This document shows positions 15,596 through 25,700 of a DNA stretch of 64,000 bases, one piece after another. The position numbers were made by a program, and so were the translations under genes. Origin of the DNA: Candidatus Latescibacterota bacterium (GTDB lineage: Bacteria > Latescibacterota > UBA2968 > GCA-2709665); NCBI GenBank assembly GCA_963667175.2, contig CAXXXF010000018.1, positions 160,001-224,000 on the forward strand. Direction: 5' to 3'. The first letter of the stretch is position 1. Each line of letters opens with the position of its first letter. The notes below the pieces were generated by a model. It had not been told where the DNA came from, did no database searches, and saw only the letters and a list, made by a program, of their open reading frames with translations.

Positions 15596-16759
15596 ATGGT
15601 TCTTCGCGGGAAGATCGTGGGAACGGAACATCCGGCCTCGCTAACCATTGAAGGCGGTCGAATCGAGAGCATCGATTCAGTCGGCGCGGGGGAGTCCGGA
15701 GGCGACGACGTCTGGATTTCGCCGGGAATTTTCGACGTGCAGGTCAACGGCGCCGGTGGGATCAACTTCAGTTCGGGCGACCTGACGGTGGAAAGGGTGC
15801 TGGAGGCCTGTAAGTGGCCGTACCGGGCAGGCACCGCGTTATTCTGTCCGACGGTAACGACCTCCCCCGTTGAGCAGGCGATTGCGGCGCTGAGGACGCT
15901 GGCACGGACGTGCGAGCAGTCGGATACCGCGAGTGCGTCGTTCGTGGGGTTCCACGTGGAGGGGCCGTACATCGCCTCCGAAGACGGTCCGCGGGGTGCG
16001 CATCCCCTGGAGCATACGCGCGATCCGGACTGGGACGAGTTCCGCCGTTACCAGGACGCCGCGGGGGGCCGGATCCGAATTCTGACTCTGGCGCCCGAGC
16101 GTGAGGGATCCCTGGACTTTATCGAGAAAGCCGCGGACGCCGGCGTCATTGTCGCCCTGGGACATACCGGCGCGAGCAGGGCTCGGATCCGCGAGGCGAT
16201 TGCGGCGGGAGCATGCATGTCCACGCACCTGGGCAACGGAGCGCACGCGGAGATTCCCCGCCACGACAACTATATCTGGGAGCAGCTTGCTGCAGACGAA
16301 CTCTGGGCGGGGATCATCCCGGACGGGCGCCATCTGCCGCCGCCGGTGCTGAAGAGCTTCTACAGGACCAAGCAGAAAGAGCGCATCTGCCTGGTGAGCG
16401 ACGTGTCGTCCATCGCCGGGCTGCCGCCGGGCGTCTACGGGCGGAGTTACGGGACGGACGAGGTGGAAATTCACGAGAACGGGAAGATTTCCCTGGCGGG
16501 TACGCCGTACCTGGCGGGTGCGTCCCTGTTTCTGGATCACGGGATTCCCAATACGATCGCTCATACCGACGCGACGCTGGCCGATGCGGTGGAGATGGCA
16601 ACCATCAACCCGGCGCGGCTGCTGGGCGTGGACGACCGGCTGGGACGCGTAAGGCCCGGAATGGAGGCCAGCCTCACGCTGTTCCGCCGAACAGAGGGAC
16701 AGCGCGCGCTCTCCATCGTCGCGACCATCGTCCGGGGCGAGGTCGTCTTCAAAGCGTAG
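15596..16759 (+). CDS. nagA: N-acetylglucosamine-6-phosphate deacetylase-like amidohydrolase
   Basis: PGIFDVQVNG, HVEGPYI, GAHP, TLAPE, GHT, THLGN, DGRH, LVSD, LAGASL, NPARLLG. Confidence 0.88.
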   Translation: MVLRGKIVGTEHPASLTIEGGRIESIDSVGAGESGGDDVWISPGIFDVQVNGAGGINFSSGDLTVERVLEACKWPYRAGTALFCPTVTTSPVEQAIAALRTLARTCEQSDTASASFVGFHVEGPYIASEDGPRGAHPLEHTRDPDWDEFRRYQDAAGGRIRILTLAPEREGSLDFIEKAADAGVIVALGHTGASRARIREAIAAGACMSTHLGNGAHAEIPRHDNYIWEQLAADELWAGIIPDGRHLPPPVLKSFYRTKQKERICLVSDVSSIAGLPPGVYGRSYGTDEVEIHENGKISLAGTPYLAGASLFLDHGIPNTIAHTDATLADAVEMATINPARLLGVDDRLGRVRPGMEASLTLFRRTEGQRALSIVATIVRGEVVFKA

Positions 16760-16805
16760 TCGTCCGGCGCTGTGTGTTTTTGTTGTAGATCAAGAGGTCC
16801 GGGCT

Positions 16806-18968
16806 ATGGAACGGCTCCAGGGCATTGTGGATCGGATCACGTTTCAGAATGAAGAGAGCGGCTACACGGTGGCCAGGTTCCAACCCGACGGTGCGCGGGA
16901 GCCCGTGACCGTGGTGGGCAATACACTTTCGCTGACCGCGGGAGAGTGTGTGGCCCTGAAAGGTGAGTGGACGACCCACGCCCGGTTCGGCCGTCAGTTC
17001 AAGATCGAATCCTACGAAAAGGTACGGCCGTCCACGATCGAGGGGTTGCGAAAGTACCTGGGCTCGGGCCTGATCAAGGGAATCGGGCCGGTGATGGCCG
17101 GACGAGTCGTGGATCATTTCGGCGGGAAGACGCTGGAGGTGATCGAGAAGGCCTCGAAACGGCTCGTCGAGGTGGAGGGTCTGGGCAGAAAACGTGCCAA
17201 GTTGATAAAGGACGCCTGGCAGGAACAGCGCGAAATCCACAATGTGATGTTGTTTCTTCAGTCGCACGACGTCGGCGCCGGTCATGCCGTAAAAATCTGG
17301 AAACGATACGGCCAGGACGCAATCTCACTGATACAGGAGAATCCGTACCGGTTGTCTTCCGACGTCTGGGGGATCGGGTTCACGAGTGCCGACCGGATCG
17401 CACAGAAGCTGGGCGTTGAACTCCACTCCGAGCAGCGAATCATGGCAGGCATCCGATACGTGCTGAACAGAGCCTCGGAGACGGACGGCCACGTCTACCT
17501 GCCGAATGAGGAACTGTCGACAGTCTGTGCGGAGACACTGGACGTATCGCCGGACCTGATCGCCCCGTGCATCGACGTGCTCAAGCAGAACGAGGAGGTG
17601 GTTGTCGAAGAGAAACGGATCTACAATCCACCGCTCTACTTTGCCGAAAAGGGTGTCGCGACGCGCGTGCGACAGTTTTCCAGCATCGGAAGGATTGAGA
17701 CAGGCGACATCCACCGGGAGATCGCGGCGATCGAGAAGCGGGACGGCGTCCGGTTCGCGGCACGCCAGAAGGTCGCCCTGCAGAAGGCCCTTTCCCACAG
17801 TCTGCTGGTGCTTACGGGCGGACCGGGCACCGGCAAGACCACCACCATCAGGGGACTCATCGCCCTGTTCGAAGCCAGAGACAAGAAAGTGGCGCTCTCG
17901 GCGCCGACGGGCAGGGCGGCAAAACGGATGTCCGAAGCGACGGGACGGGACGCGAGAACCATCCACAGGCTGCTGAAGTTCAGCCCGGGCGAGAACAAAT
18001 TCGAGATGAAGTTCGAGAATCAGCTGACGGTGGACGCCGTGATCGTCGACGAGGTCTCGATGATGGACGTGAGATTGATGAACAGCCTGCTGCAGGCGGT
18101 ACCGTTGAGTGCTTCAGTGGTTCTCGTCGGCGACGTGGACCAGTTGCCTTCGGTGGGGCCGGGGAATATCCTGAAGGATATCATCGGCTCCGGAAAGGCG
18201 GAAACGGTGGCGCTGAACGAGATTTTCCGGCAAGCGCGTGAGAGCCGCATCGTGATGAATGCGCACAGCATCCTTGCCGGTGAACTGCCCGAGGTCGACA
18301 ACCGGAAGGACTCGGATTTCTTCTTTACGGAGGTGGACGTCCCCGAAGAGGTGGTCGAGTCGGTCTGCGGGCTCTGTCAGAACAGGCTGCCGCGCGCGTA
18401 CGGGGTGGACGCGATTGACGACATTCAGGTCCTGGCGCCGATGTACCGGGGTGAAACGGGCGCGATCAATCTGAACCAGGTACTCCAGGAACGGCTCAAT
18501 CCTGGCGGTCAGGAACTCCTTCGCGGCGGCGTCCGGTTCCGGGTGGGAGACAAGGTGATGCAGGTGCGGAACAACTACGACAAGGATGTGTTCAACGGGG
18601 ATATCGGGCGTGTTTCGGTGATCGACACCACGAACCATGCCCTGGCGGTGAGGTATCCGGAGCGGACCGTGGGCTACGAGTTTACCGAACTGGATGAGAT
18701 CGTGCTGGCCTACGCCACCAGCGTGCACAAGAGCCAGGGGTCCGAGTATCCTGTCGTCGTGTTGCCGTTGACCACCCAGCACTATATGATGCTTCAGCGG
18801 AACCTTCTGTACACGGCCGTCACCAGAGCACGGGAACTGGTTGTCATCGTCGGCACGCGGAAAGCCCTGGCCATCGCCATCAAGAACAACCAGGTGGCCG
18901 ACCGGTACACGTCGCTGCCCCAACGCATCCGGGCGTGTCAGGGCGACGAATCAACGTCCGGAAAATAA
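16806..18968 (+). CDS. recD2: ATP-dependent RecD2 helicase
   Basis: N-term OB/HhH (IKGIGP, ENPYRL), GGPGTGKTT, APTGRAAKR, DEVSM, GDVDQLPSVGPG, AYATSVHKSQGSE, YTAVTRA. Confidence 0.95.
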   Translation: MERLQGIVDRITFQNEESGYTVARFQPDGAREPVTVVGNTLSLTAGECVALKGEWTTHARFGRQFKIESYEKVRPSTIEGLRKYLGSGLIKGIGPVMAGRVVDHFGGKTLEVIEKASKRLVEVEGLGRKRAKLIKDAWQEQREIHNVMLFLQSHDVGAGHAVKIWKRYGQDAISLIQENPYRLSSDVWGIGFTSADRIAQKLGVELHSEQRIMAGIRYVLNRASETDGHVYLPNEELSTVCAETLDVSPDLIAPCIDVLKQNEEVVVEEKRIYNPPLYFAEKGVATRVRQFSSIGRIETGDIHREIAAIEKRDGVRFAARQKVALQKALSHSLLVLTGGPGTGKTTTIRGLIALFEARDKKVALSAPTGRAAKRMSEATGRDARTIHRLLKFSPGENKFEMKFENQLTVDAVIVDEVSMMDVRLMNSLLQAVPLSASVVLVGDVDQLPSVGPGNILKDIIGSGKAETVALNEIFRQARESRIVMNAHSILAGELPEVDNRKDSDFFFTEVDVPEEVVESVCGLCQNRLPRAYGVDAIDDIQVLAPMYRGETGAINLNQVLQERLNPGGQELLRGGVRFRVGDKVMQVRNNYDKDVFNGDIGRVSVIDTTNHALAVRYPERTVGYEFTELDEIVLAYATSVHKSQGSEYPVVVLPLTTQHYMMLQRNLLYTAVTRARELVVIVGTRKALAIAIKNNQVADRYTSLPQRIRACQGDESTSGK

Positions 18969-19079
18969 CGACGGCTTGATGCGCGTCAAGTCCAATGACT
19001 TCCCACTCCAGGTTTTCGCGCCGCCGTAATGGGGAGGGGTCTACGGCTTAACCATTTTCCTCCTCCCGACCGGTACCGG

Positions 19080-20828
19080 TCAGATATCGACCCGGACCTC
19101 GCCATTGAACGCACCGACCGATTCCCACCGCTGGACCACGCCGTTTCCGTCGTTTTCGAACACGGCGAGTTCCAGGTCCACGCTGGCTTTTCCGTCCAGG
19201 CTGAGGGTAACCGCCCTGCCGTCTGGCGTGGTCGCGGCCGCGATCCAGGACTCGTCCCGGGCGCGGGTGTACTCCGCGGCCTGGTCGTGGCCCACCCCCC
19301 GGACGTCGAATCTTTCCGTACGCTGGGACACCAGCGACAGCCACCGGTCGATCTCTTCCAGCGACAGCACGCCGAACTTCTGCTCGTGAGTCGTGATCTC
19401 CGAGAAAAACCCGCTGTCCAGCGCCAGGCGGACCGAGCCGGCCGCCCGGTCGGCCGCCCTGTCCACGTCGTTGGTCGAATTGTCGCCGGCCCAGGTCGTA
19501 CAGCCCGTCAACACGTCGGGCTCCACGAGGTGGCGGGGCAGCATGGCGCCGATGTTGTACATCTCCGGATCTTCGGGGATATAGTCGTAGAACAGGCTGT
19601 TGAGGCCGTAGGGCCACCAGTTGGGGAACAGCCGCTCCCACTTCACCTGTCCCAGGTGATACGTGGAATAGACGAACGTCCTCCCCCGCGCCTTCAGCCA
19701 GGGCAGGACGCGCACGCCCACTTCGCCCCAGTGAAACGCGGCCCGGCGCGGTGGCCTCAGTCCGCGTTCGTCGTACCACCGGTCCACGCGCTCGAAGATC
19801 GCCTTCAACTCCCCGTCGCTGTACTCTCCGATCCCGAAATCGAAGGGAATCAGCTTGTAATAGTCGAAGGCATGCGCGTCCCAGTCCACCTGCCCCGCCC
19901 GGTAACGTTCACGCATATACGGTGCCAGTTCATTCGGTACGAGGTCCAGAAAGCAGGAAATCATCGGCCGGTAGCCGTGCCGGTTCATCACATCGGTATA
20001 GTGGAAGTCGTGGCGGCCCCTGCCGTCGTCCACCCGGATGGTCACGTAGGGCGGCATCAACTGCGCGACAAACGGCTTGCGCGCCGCCCAGACGATCGCG
20101 CGCCAGAAGAAGGCGTCGAGCCCCATCGCGTGGCCCTGAAACTCCCCGTGCCAGATGCGTGGAGAACAGGCGAACTGCACCGCGCGTCCGCTGCCGCATT
20201 CCCCGGCCAGCACGGCCGGAAACTGGTCCGGCTCGTAGGCCGTGCCCGGCACGTTGTGGCGGGAGAGAATGAGCTGATCCTTGCCCATGGCAACCTGCGC
20301 CAGTTCCACGACGTGCCGCCCCACCCTCTTGATCTGTGCTACGGTAACGGGCCGCTTCAGCCGGACCATACTGCCCGCCTGCTGCGTCCAGTTGATGAAA
20401 TGGTCGTTGTCCCCGATGCGGAGCAGGTCGGAGGCCATCGGGATCCGGTCGACCTCCAGCCCGAAGAGTCGCAGCAGGGGCGGCTTGTAGAGCCTCAGCT
20501 CGCCGTCGAAATTAACCAGGCCCAGACCGGCTTCCTCGACGCCCGAGGCGAGCAGTTCCGTATCTGCCAGCGAGAGGGCATCGCCCATGCGGGCCTGGGC
20601 GATAATCGCAGCGGCGCAGTTCTCCAGCAGGTCCGGAGTCAGCGGCCCCGCCGCCAGGTCGTGAATCCTGAACGGAAATCCGAAGTGCTGAAGCGCCACC
20701 AGCACGGTCTGGTCCACGATGCTCGTATCCGTATAACTGCCCCGGCTGTCCACCAGAGCGAGCAGTGCCCTGTTCCCGCCGCTCTCGCGCCGGGGGCGCT
20801 GCGCCATCTGTCGCGGTGAGAATCCCAT
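19080..20828 (-). CDS. Hypothetical protein, possibly with a C-terminal NodB/CE4-like barrel
   Basis: 582 aa with genome-like codon usage; VTIRVDD, DWDAHAF and ITTHE are reminiscent of polysaccharide deacetylase-like folds. Confidence 0.65.
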   Translation of the reverse strand: MGFSPRQMAQRPRRESGGNRALLALVDSRGSYTDTSIVDQTVLVALQHFGFPFRIHDLAAGPLTPDLLENCAAAIIAQARMGDALSLADTELLASGVEEAGLGLVNFDGELRLYKPPLLRLFGLEVDRIPMASDLLRIGDNDHFINWTQQAGSMVRLKRPVTVAQIKRVGRHVVELAQVAMGKDQLILSRHNVPGTAYEPDQFPAVLAGECGSGRAVQFACSPRIWHGEFQGHAMGLDAFFWRAIVWAARKPFVAQLMPPYVTIRVDDGRGRHDFHYTDVMNRHGYRPMISCFLDLVPNELAPYMRERYRAGQVDWDAHAFDYYKLIPFDFGIGEYSDGELKAIFERVDRWYDERGLRPPRRAAFHWGEVGVRVLPWLKARGRTFVYSTYHLGQVKWERLFPNWWPYGLNSLFYDYIPEDPEMYNIGAMLPRHLVEPDVLTGCTTWAGDNSTNDVDRAADRAAGSVRLALDSGFFSEITTHEQKFGVLSLEEIDRWLSLVSQRTERFDVRGVGHDQAAEYTRARDESWIAAATTPDGRAVTLSLDGKASVDLELAVFENDGNGVVQRWESVGAFNGEVRVDI

Positions 20829-21146
20829 CGGTTGTCCCTTACCTGAGAGTCAGGAACCACGCGCGGTGGTCGCGTTTCGCGGATGATTCATTGACGCAGA
20901 TTGGCGGATTGCCATAGACGTCCAATGTGGGTGTCGCGCTTCCGGAATCTTTCCAGGTGAGATTTTCTTGGCGAAAGCGTGCGTCGGGGAACCTGACTGT
21001 CTGCGGGTCCCGCGCATCGGTGCAATAGCCAACACAGTCAGAGGGTTGACAGTGTTGTGGTGGCGTCCGGCGAAGTCACGACACCTGTACCGAATTGAAA
21101 GCCGCAGACGTTTGTACTTGAAAAAATGTGCTTGGAGCTACCGCTG

Positions 21147-21347
21147 TCAGATCGACTCGAACTGCAGCGAAGAAAGATCCGGAGCGGATGAGCGTTTCGA
21201 CAGTTGGAGCATCTCCACGCCTACCACTTCGTTGGACGCGTTGTAGTCGAGTACAACTCCCGGGGAAACCTCCTCGGACTCGATTATTGGAGAATCGTCG
21301 AGGCGCAGGTACAGGGCGTCGGCATCCTTGTCTACGTTCAGTTTCAT
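21147..21347 (-). CDS. DUF2283-family putative antitoxin (66 aa)
   Basis: MKLNVDKDADALYLRL...ESEEVSPGVVLDY...VVGVEML. Confidence 0.88.
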   Translation of the reverse strand: MKLNVDKDADALYLRLDDSPIIESEEVSPGVVLDYNASNEVVGVEMLQLSKRSSAPDLSSLQFESI

Positions 21348-21354
21348 ATTCTTC

Positions 21355-21644
21355 CACACCTGTCCAAAATCGGTTTCAGTCTTGGACAGCATCTGGTTCA
21401 CTTCCGCGAAGCAATCCCTCGACCAAGATTGCCTGAGATTCACAAAGTGCTTATTTCACGGGCTTATTGAGACGGAAACAGCACAATTATGGCCGCTGGA
21501 AACGTCACCTTGTTCTTGGACAGCATTGCGCAGACGATGGCAAACCTGGTTTTCATTATCCGGGTCAAACCCGTCCAAAATCGCCTATTGTAGCCATTTT
21601 TGGAACCTTATCTCTGGGAATCCGACGGTTCTTGGACAGCAGTG
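21355..21644. mobile_element. 290-bp MITE-like insertion with 9-bp target-site duplication
   Basis: ATATTCTTC at 21346-21354 and 21645-21653; ends CACACCTGTCCAAAA and (rc) CACTGCTGTCCAAGAA; lower GC than flanks. Confidence 0.85.
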
Positions 21645-21894
21645 ATATTCTTCCTCTCATGCTGCGGTCAAAGAATACGCTCACCACTCGCCATGGAACA
21701 GCGCGGGTGTTTGCGGCCACCCGCAGCACACGGTCAGATTGTTCGGGTATGGGGCGAAAGAACCGTTCCACCTCAGGGTCGTCAGGATCGTGCGAGCGCA
21801 AAGAAGGATCTGCCACAGCCAGTTCGACCCATTCGCGAGGGATCATCCGTTCGGCCATTACGTGCCGGGGGTGCCGCGTGTATTCGAGGGTCAT
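21565..21894 (-). CDS. DUF4258-family putative toxin, C-terminus extended into the MITE
   Basis: YTRH..HVMAERMIPREWVE....P...RVLRV...VVSVFFDR; native end would be SMRGRI*. Confidence 0.82.
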   Translation of the reverse strand: MTLEYTRHPRHVMAERMIPREWVELAVADPSLRSHDPDDPEVERFFRPIPEQSDRVLRVAANTRAVPWRVVSVFFDRSMRGRISLLSKNRRIPRDKVPKMATIGDFGRV

Positions 21895-22070
21895 GGGTTA
21901 TTCGGCATCCGCAATGGAATTGCCAAACAGTGGTCTCGAGAAGTTGATCCTCTTCACGATCGACAGTGTTATTCAGTTAAGAAAATGCCCCTTATCGATG
22001 ACTTTGGCAAGGGGAAAAGTGTGGAGCAGGAAGGATGGCGTGCGACGCGGGCCTGCCTGCTGGCAAGGCG

Positions 22071-22094
22071 GGCAGACAGGAATGTCCGCTCCAC
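22071..22094 (-). repeat. REP-like palindrome
   Basis: rc GTGGAGCGGACATTCCTGTCTGCC; GTGGAGC at 22021 is an inverted partner of its end. Confidence 0.5.
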
Positions 22095-22096
22095 GT

Positions 22097-22720
22097 TCAC
22101 TCCAGAGCTCGATTGATCTCGGTTTCCGCGATACGCCCCGGCCGGAGGATCTCGGGATTGCCGCGTGAGACGTCGACCAGGGTGGAGGGGCGGAGGTCGG
22201 TGGAAGGGCCGCCGTCCAGGATGAGGTCGACGCCGCGGCCGAGGACGTCGGCGGCTTCGCGGGCGCTCCGGACGGGAGGTCTGCCGGAGCGGTTGGCGCT
22301 GGTGCTGGTGATCGGGCCGCCCGCATGGTGAAGCAAAGCGCCGGCAAGCGGCGCGTCCGACATGCGAAGCGCCAGCGTGGGCGTGGATCCGAGCAGGTGC
22401 TTCGGAAGGTCGGGCGACGCGGGAAACACGAGGGTGAGCGGCCCGGGCCAGAAGGCGTCGATCAGGACTTCCGCCGCCCGTGGAACGTGAGCAACAAGCG
22501 CGTCCAGGTCCTTCCTGTCCCGGACGAGCAGGATCAGCCCCTTCTCCGCCTCCCTGCCCTTGAGGTCGAAGATACGCTCGAACGCGGACCGGTCAAACGG
22601 GTCTGCGCCGAGGCCGTAGACGGTCTCCGTCGGATAGACGACAACGCCGCCCTTCCGGATCCGATCGGCTGTCTGAATGATGCCCGGCTTATCGGCCGTC
22701 AGGATGGGCGCCCGATCCAT
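22097..22720 (-). CDS. tsaC: L-threonylcarbamoyladenylate synthase (TsaC/YrdC/Sua5)
   Basis: YPTETVYGLGAD, LKGR, FWPGPLTLV, STSANRSG, PSTLVD. Confidence 0.95.
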   Translation of the reverse strand: MDRAPILTADKPGIIQTADRIRKGGVVVYPTETVYGLGADPFDRSAFERIFDLKGREAEKGLILLVRDRKDLDALVAHVPRAAEVLIDAFWPGPLTLVFPASPDLPKHLLGSTPTLALRMSDAPLAGALLHHAGGPITSTSANRSGRPPVRSAREAADVLGRGVDLILDGGPSTDLRPSTLVDVSRGNPEILRPGRIAETEINRALE

Positions 22721-22722
22721 TT

Positions 22723-25700
22723 TCAAAACCGGCTTTCCGGACGGAAACGGGTCGACGGCGGGGTTTGTTCAAAGGCGGTGACGAAGGAGATGAAGTCCCC
22801 GAATCCGACCGTTCCGTTGCCGTCGAGATCAAAACGCGCATCGGCGGATCCGTAGGCCTGCGCGAAGAGGATGAAGTCGGCGAAGTCCACCGCGCCGTCG
22901 TCGTTGAAGTCGGCCGCGCCGTCCGGAGAGGGCGGCGGTGGTGGTGGCGGCGGGACGGGCGGGGGCTCGCGCTGGTAGTCAGAAGGGTAGGTTACGGTGA
23001 GTTGCAGGATGCTATTGTTGTTCGTGTCGGCAATGTAGACCCCGCCGTCGGGACCGGTGGCAATGCCCGACGGTGAATTCATCGACGTTTCGGTACCGGC
23101 GCCTTCGTCCTGGTTGAATCCCGGGAACCCCGTGCCCGCCACGGTTTGTATGATGCCCAGGTTCAGGTCGAGCACCCGTATGCGGTGGTTGCCGGTGTCC
23201 GCGATATAGAGGTATCCGTTGTTGTCCACGGCCACGTCTACGGGGCCGTTAAGGATTGCCGTGGACCCCGGCCCCCCGTCGCCCGAAAACCCGGCCTCTC
23301 CGGTTCCGGCCACCGTGGAGATGACGCCCTCGGCGTCCACCATCCGGATCCGATGGTTTCCGGTATCTGCGATGTACAGGCGGCCCCGGCTGTCGACGGC
23401 AACACCCTCGGGTCCGTTCAGCGCGGCCATTGTGGCCTGGCCTCCGTCACCGGCGTAACCCTCCTGAAAGCTGCCGGCAACGGTGGTGATGATGCCGCCG
23501 GCGTCCACCTTTCGGACCCTGTGATTGAAGCGCTCCGCGATCCAGACGTTACCCGACGGGTCTGACGCCACGCCCACGGGGCCGGACAGATTCGCATCCA
23601 CCGCCGCGCGTCCGTCGCCGCCGTAACCGGGGATGTCCCTGCCTGCGAAGGCGACGATATTCTCGCTCGAAAGGTCAATCCGGCGCACGATATGACCGCT
23701 CACTTCTCCGACGATCAGATCCCGTCCGGGCGTGAGCGCGAGGCCCCGGGGATCACCGAGACTGGCCTCGATGGCCGGCCCTCCGGCGCCGATGGAAATC
23801 CCGATTCCGTCTCCGGCAATGGTGTGAATCGTTCCGTCCGGGCCGACCCTCCGTACCCGGTTATTTCCCGAGTCGGCAATGTAAAGGGCGCCCGCTGCCG
23901 TGGCCGCGACGCCTCGCGGGCCGTTCAGAAACGCCAGGACGGCGGGACCGCCGTCACCCCCGAAACTGCTCTGGCTTCCGCCTGTACCGGCAAGCGTACG
24001 TATTGGCGTATGGTCCGGTCCAATGGGCGGCAGCAGTGTGATTCGGATCTCTCCTGGCGGTAGGCCCCCAAACCGCGCGGATGCGAAGACGTCGCCCGGC
24101 GTCGCCCCGGCCTGAAAGAGGACGGACGCGAGTCCGTCGCGCACCAGTGCCGTATCGCCGGGCACGAAGGCGCCGTCGCCGGACGAGACGTTGAAGACAA
24201 GGTGGCGGTTGTTGACGAGCGCGACTTCGTTCCTGGCGTCCAGGATGCGGGCGCGGATTCGGGTCTGCGCCTCGCCGTTGGCGGCCAGCGCCGGCGCAGC
24301 GGCATCCAGCGCAACGCGCACCGGAGGCGGCGGCGCCGTCTCGGTCAGCTCCAGGACGGTATTTGCGGGGATGTTCCTGAGCCGCTGTGCGATTCCCGAC
24401 GGCCATCTGATGGTCAGCGTATCGACACGGTCGGCGTCGCCCAATCCGAAGGCTGCGGTCAGGGCGTCCTGCGACAGGTACGACCCGCCGCCCGAAATTT
24501 CGCGGATCGCCGGTGTGCCGTCGAAGACGATTTCCACCCGTGTGCCGATGGCGTCCGGACTGCTCCGCGTGGCGCGCGGACGAACGGCCAGCCAGTTTCC
24601 ATTGAATTCCTGGTTCCGGTAGAGACGGTCGGCGCCGTCCTGCACGGCCACGAAAATATCCGGCCCGCCGTCGCCGTCGAAGTCCGCCAGGGCCACACCC
24701 CGGCTGTTGGCGCCCACGGCAACGCGGAAGGAGTCGGCCACGTCGTTGAAGGTCCCGCCATCGTTCAGGTAAAGGTTGTTTTTCTCGCCGGCGTTGGAGA
24801 CGTAAAGATCCTGGTCGCCGTCGTTATCGAAATCGCCCCATACGGCGCCCCTGCTGTCCACGGTGTCCGGGCCCGCCACGTTGAAGCGGCTGCTGGCTTC
24901 CTCAAACCGACCGTCGGTATTGACGTAGAGGCGGTTTCCTTCACCGAAGTAGGTCACGAAGAGGTCCATGTCCCCGTCGTTGTCGAAATCGCCCCAACTT
25001 GCGCCGAAACTGGGGCCTCCCAGACCCAGTTCCTCCAGGCCCGCATCCGACGCCGCATCCACAAAGGTACCGCCGTCGTTCCGGAAGAGTCGATTCGGCC
25101 CGCTGTTGGCGAGAAAGAGGTCCGCGTCTCCATCGTCGTCGTAATCCGCCCACGCGGGCTGCAGGCTGCTGTTGGCGTCATCCAGACCGGTCTCTGCCGC
25201 GGCTTCCACGAAGCGGTCTCCCTCGTTGCGATAGAAGCGGTTTTCGCCGAAATTGGCCACGTACAGGTCGGGGTCGCCGTCTCCCTCTACGTCGGCCCAC
25301 GCCGCGCCGTACCCGTCTCCACCGTCATCCACGCCAACCTGTGCGGCGATTTCGGTGAAGCCGCCGCCGTCGTTGCGGTACAGCCGGTTGGGTTGGCCGA
25401 AGTTGGTCACGTAAAGGTCCAGGTCGCCATCGCGGTCGAAATCCGCCCAGGCTGCCGCGCTGCCGTCGCCGTCATCCGCCACGCCCGCCCTCCGGGCAAG
25501 CTCCGCAAAGCCGCCGCCGTCGTTCCGGTAGAGAAGATTGGGCTGCAGGCTGCGCGCCACGTAGAGGTCGGGATCGCCGTCGCCGTCGTAATCCGCCCAC
25601 GCGGCGCCGAAGCTGGCGCCCTGGTCCGACACGCCGCGGTCGCCCGCCACGTCGATGAATCCGCCGGGCCTGGATTCCCTTCCGAAGCCCTCGAGGGGGA

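Noticed and set aside
20829-21146. ncRNA or riboswitch in the gap before the DUF2283 gene end
   Set aside because: Only modest inverted repeats (CTGACTGT/ACAGTCAG; GTGTTGTG/CACGACAC); no recognisable family and no second copy
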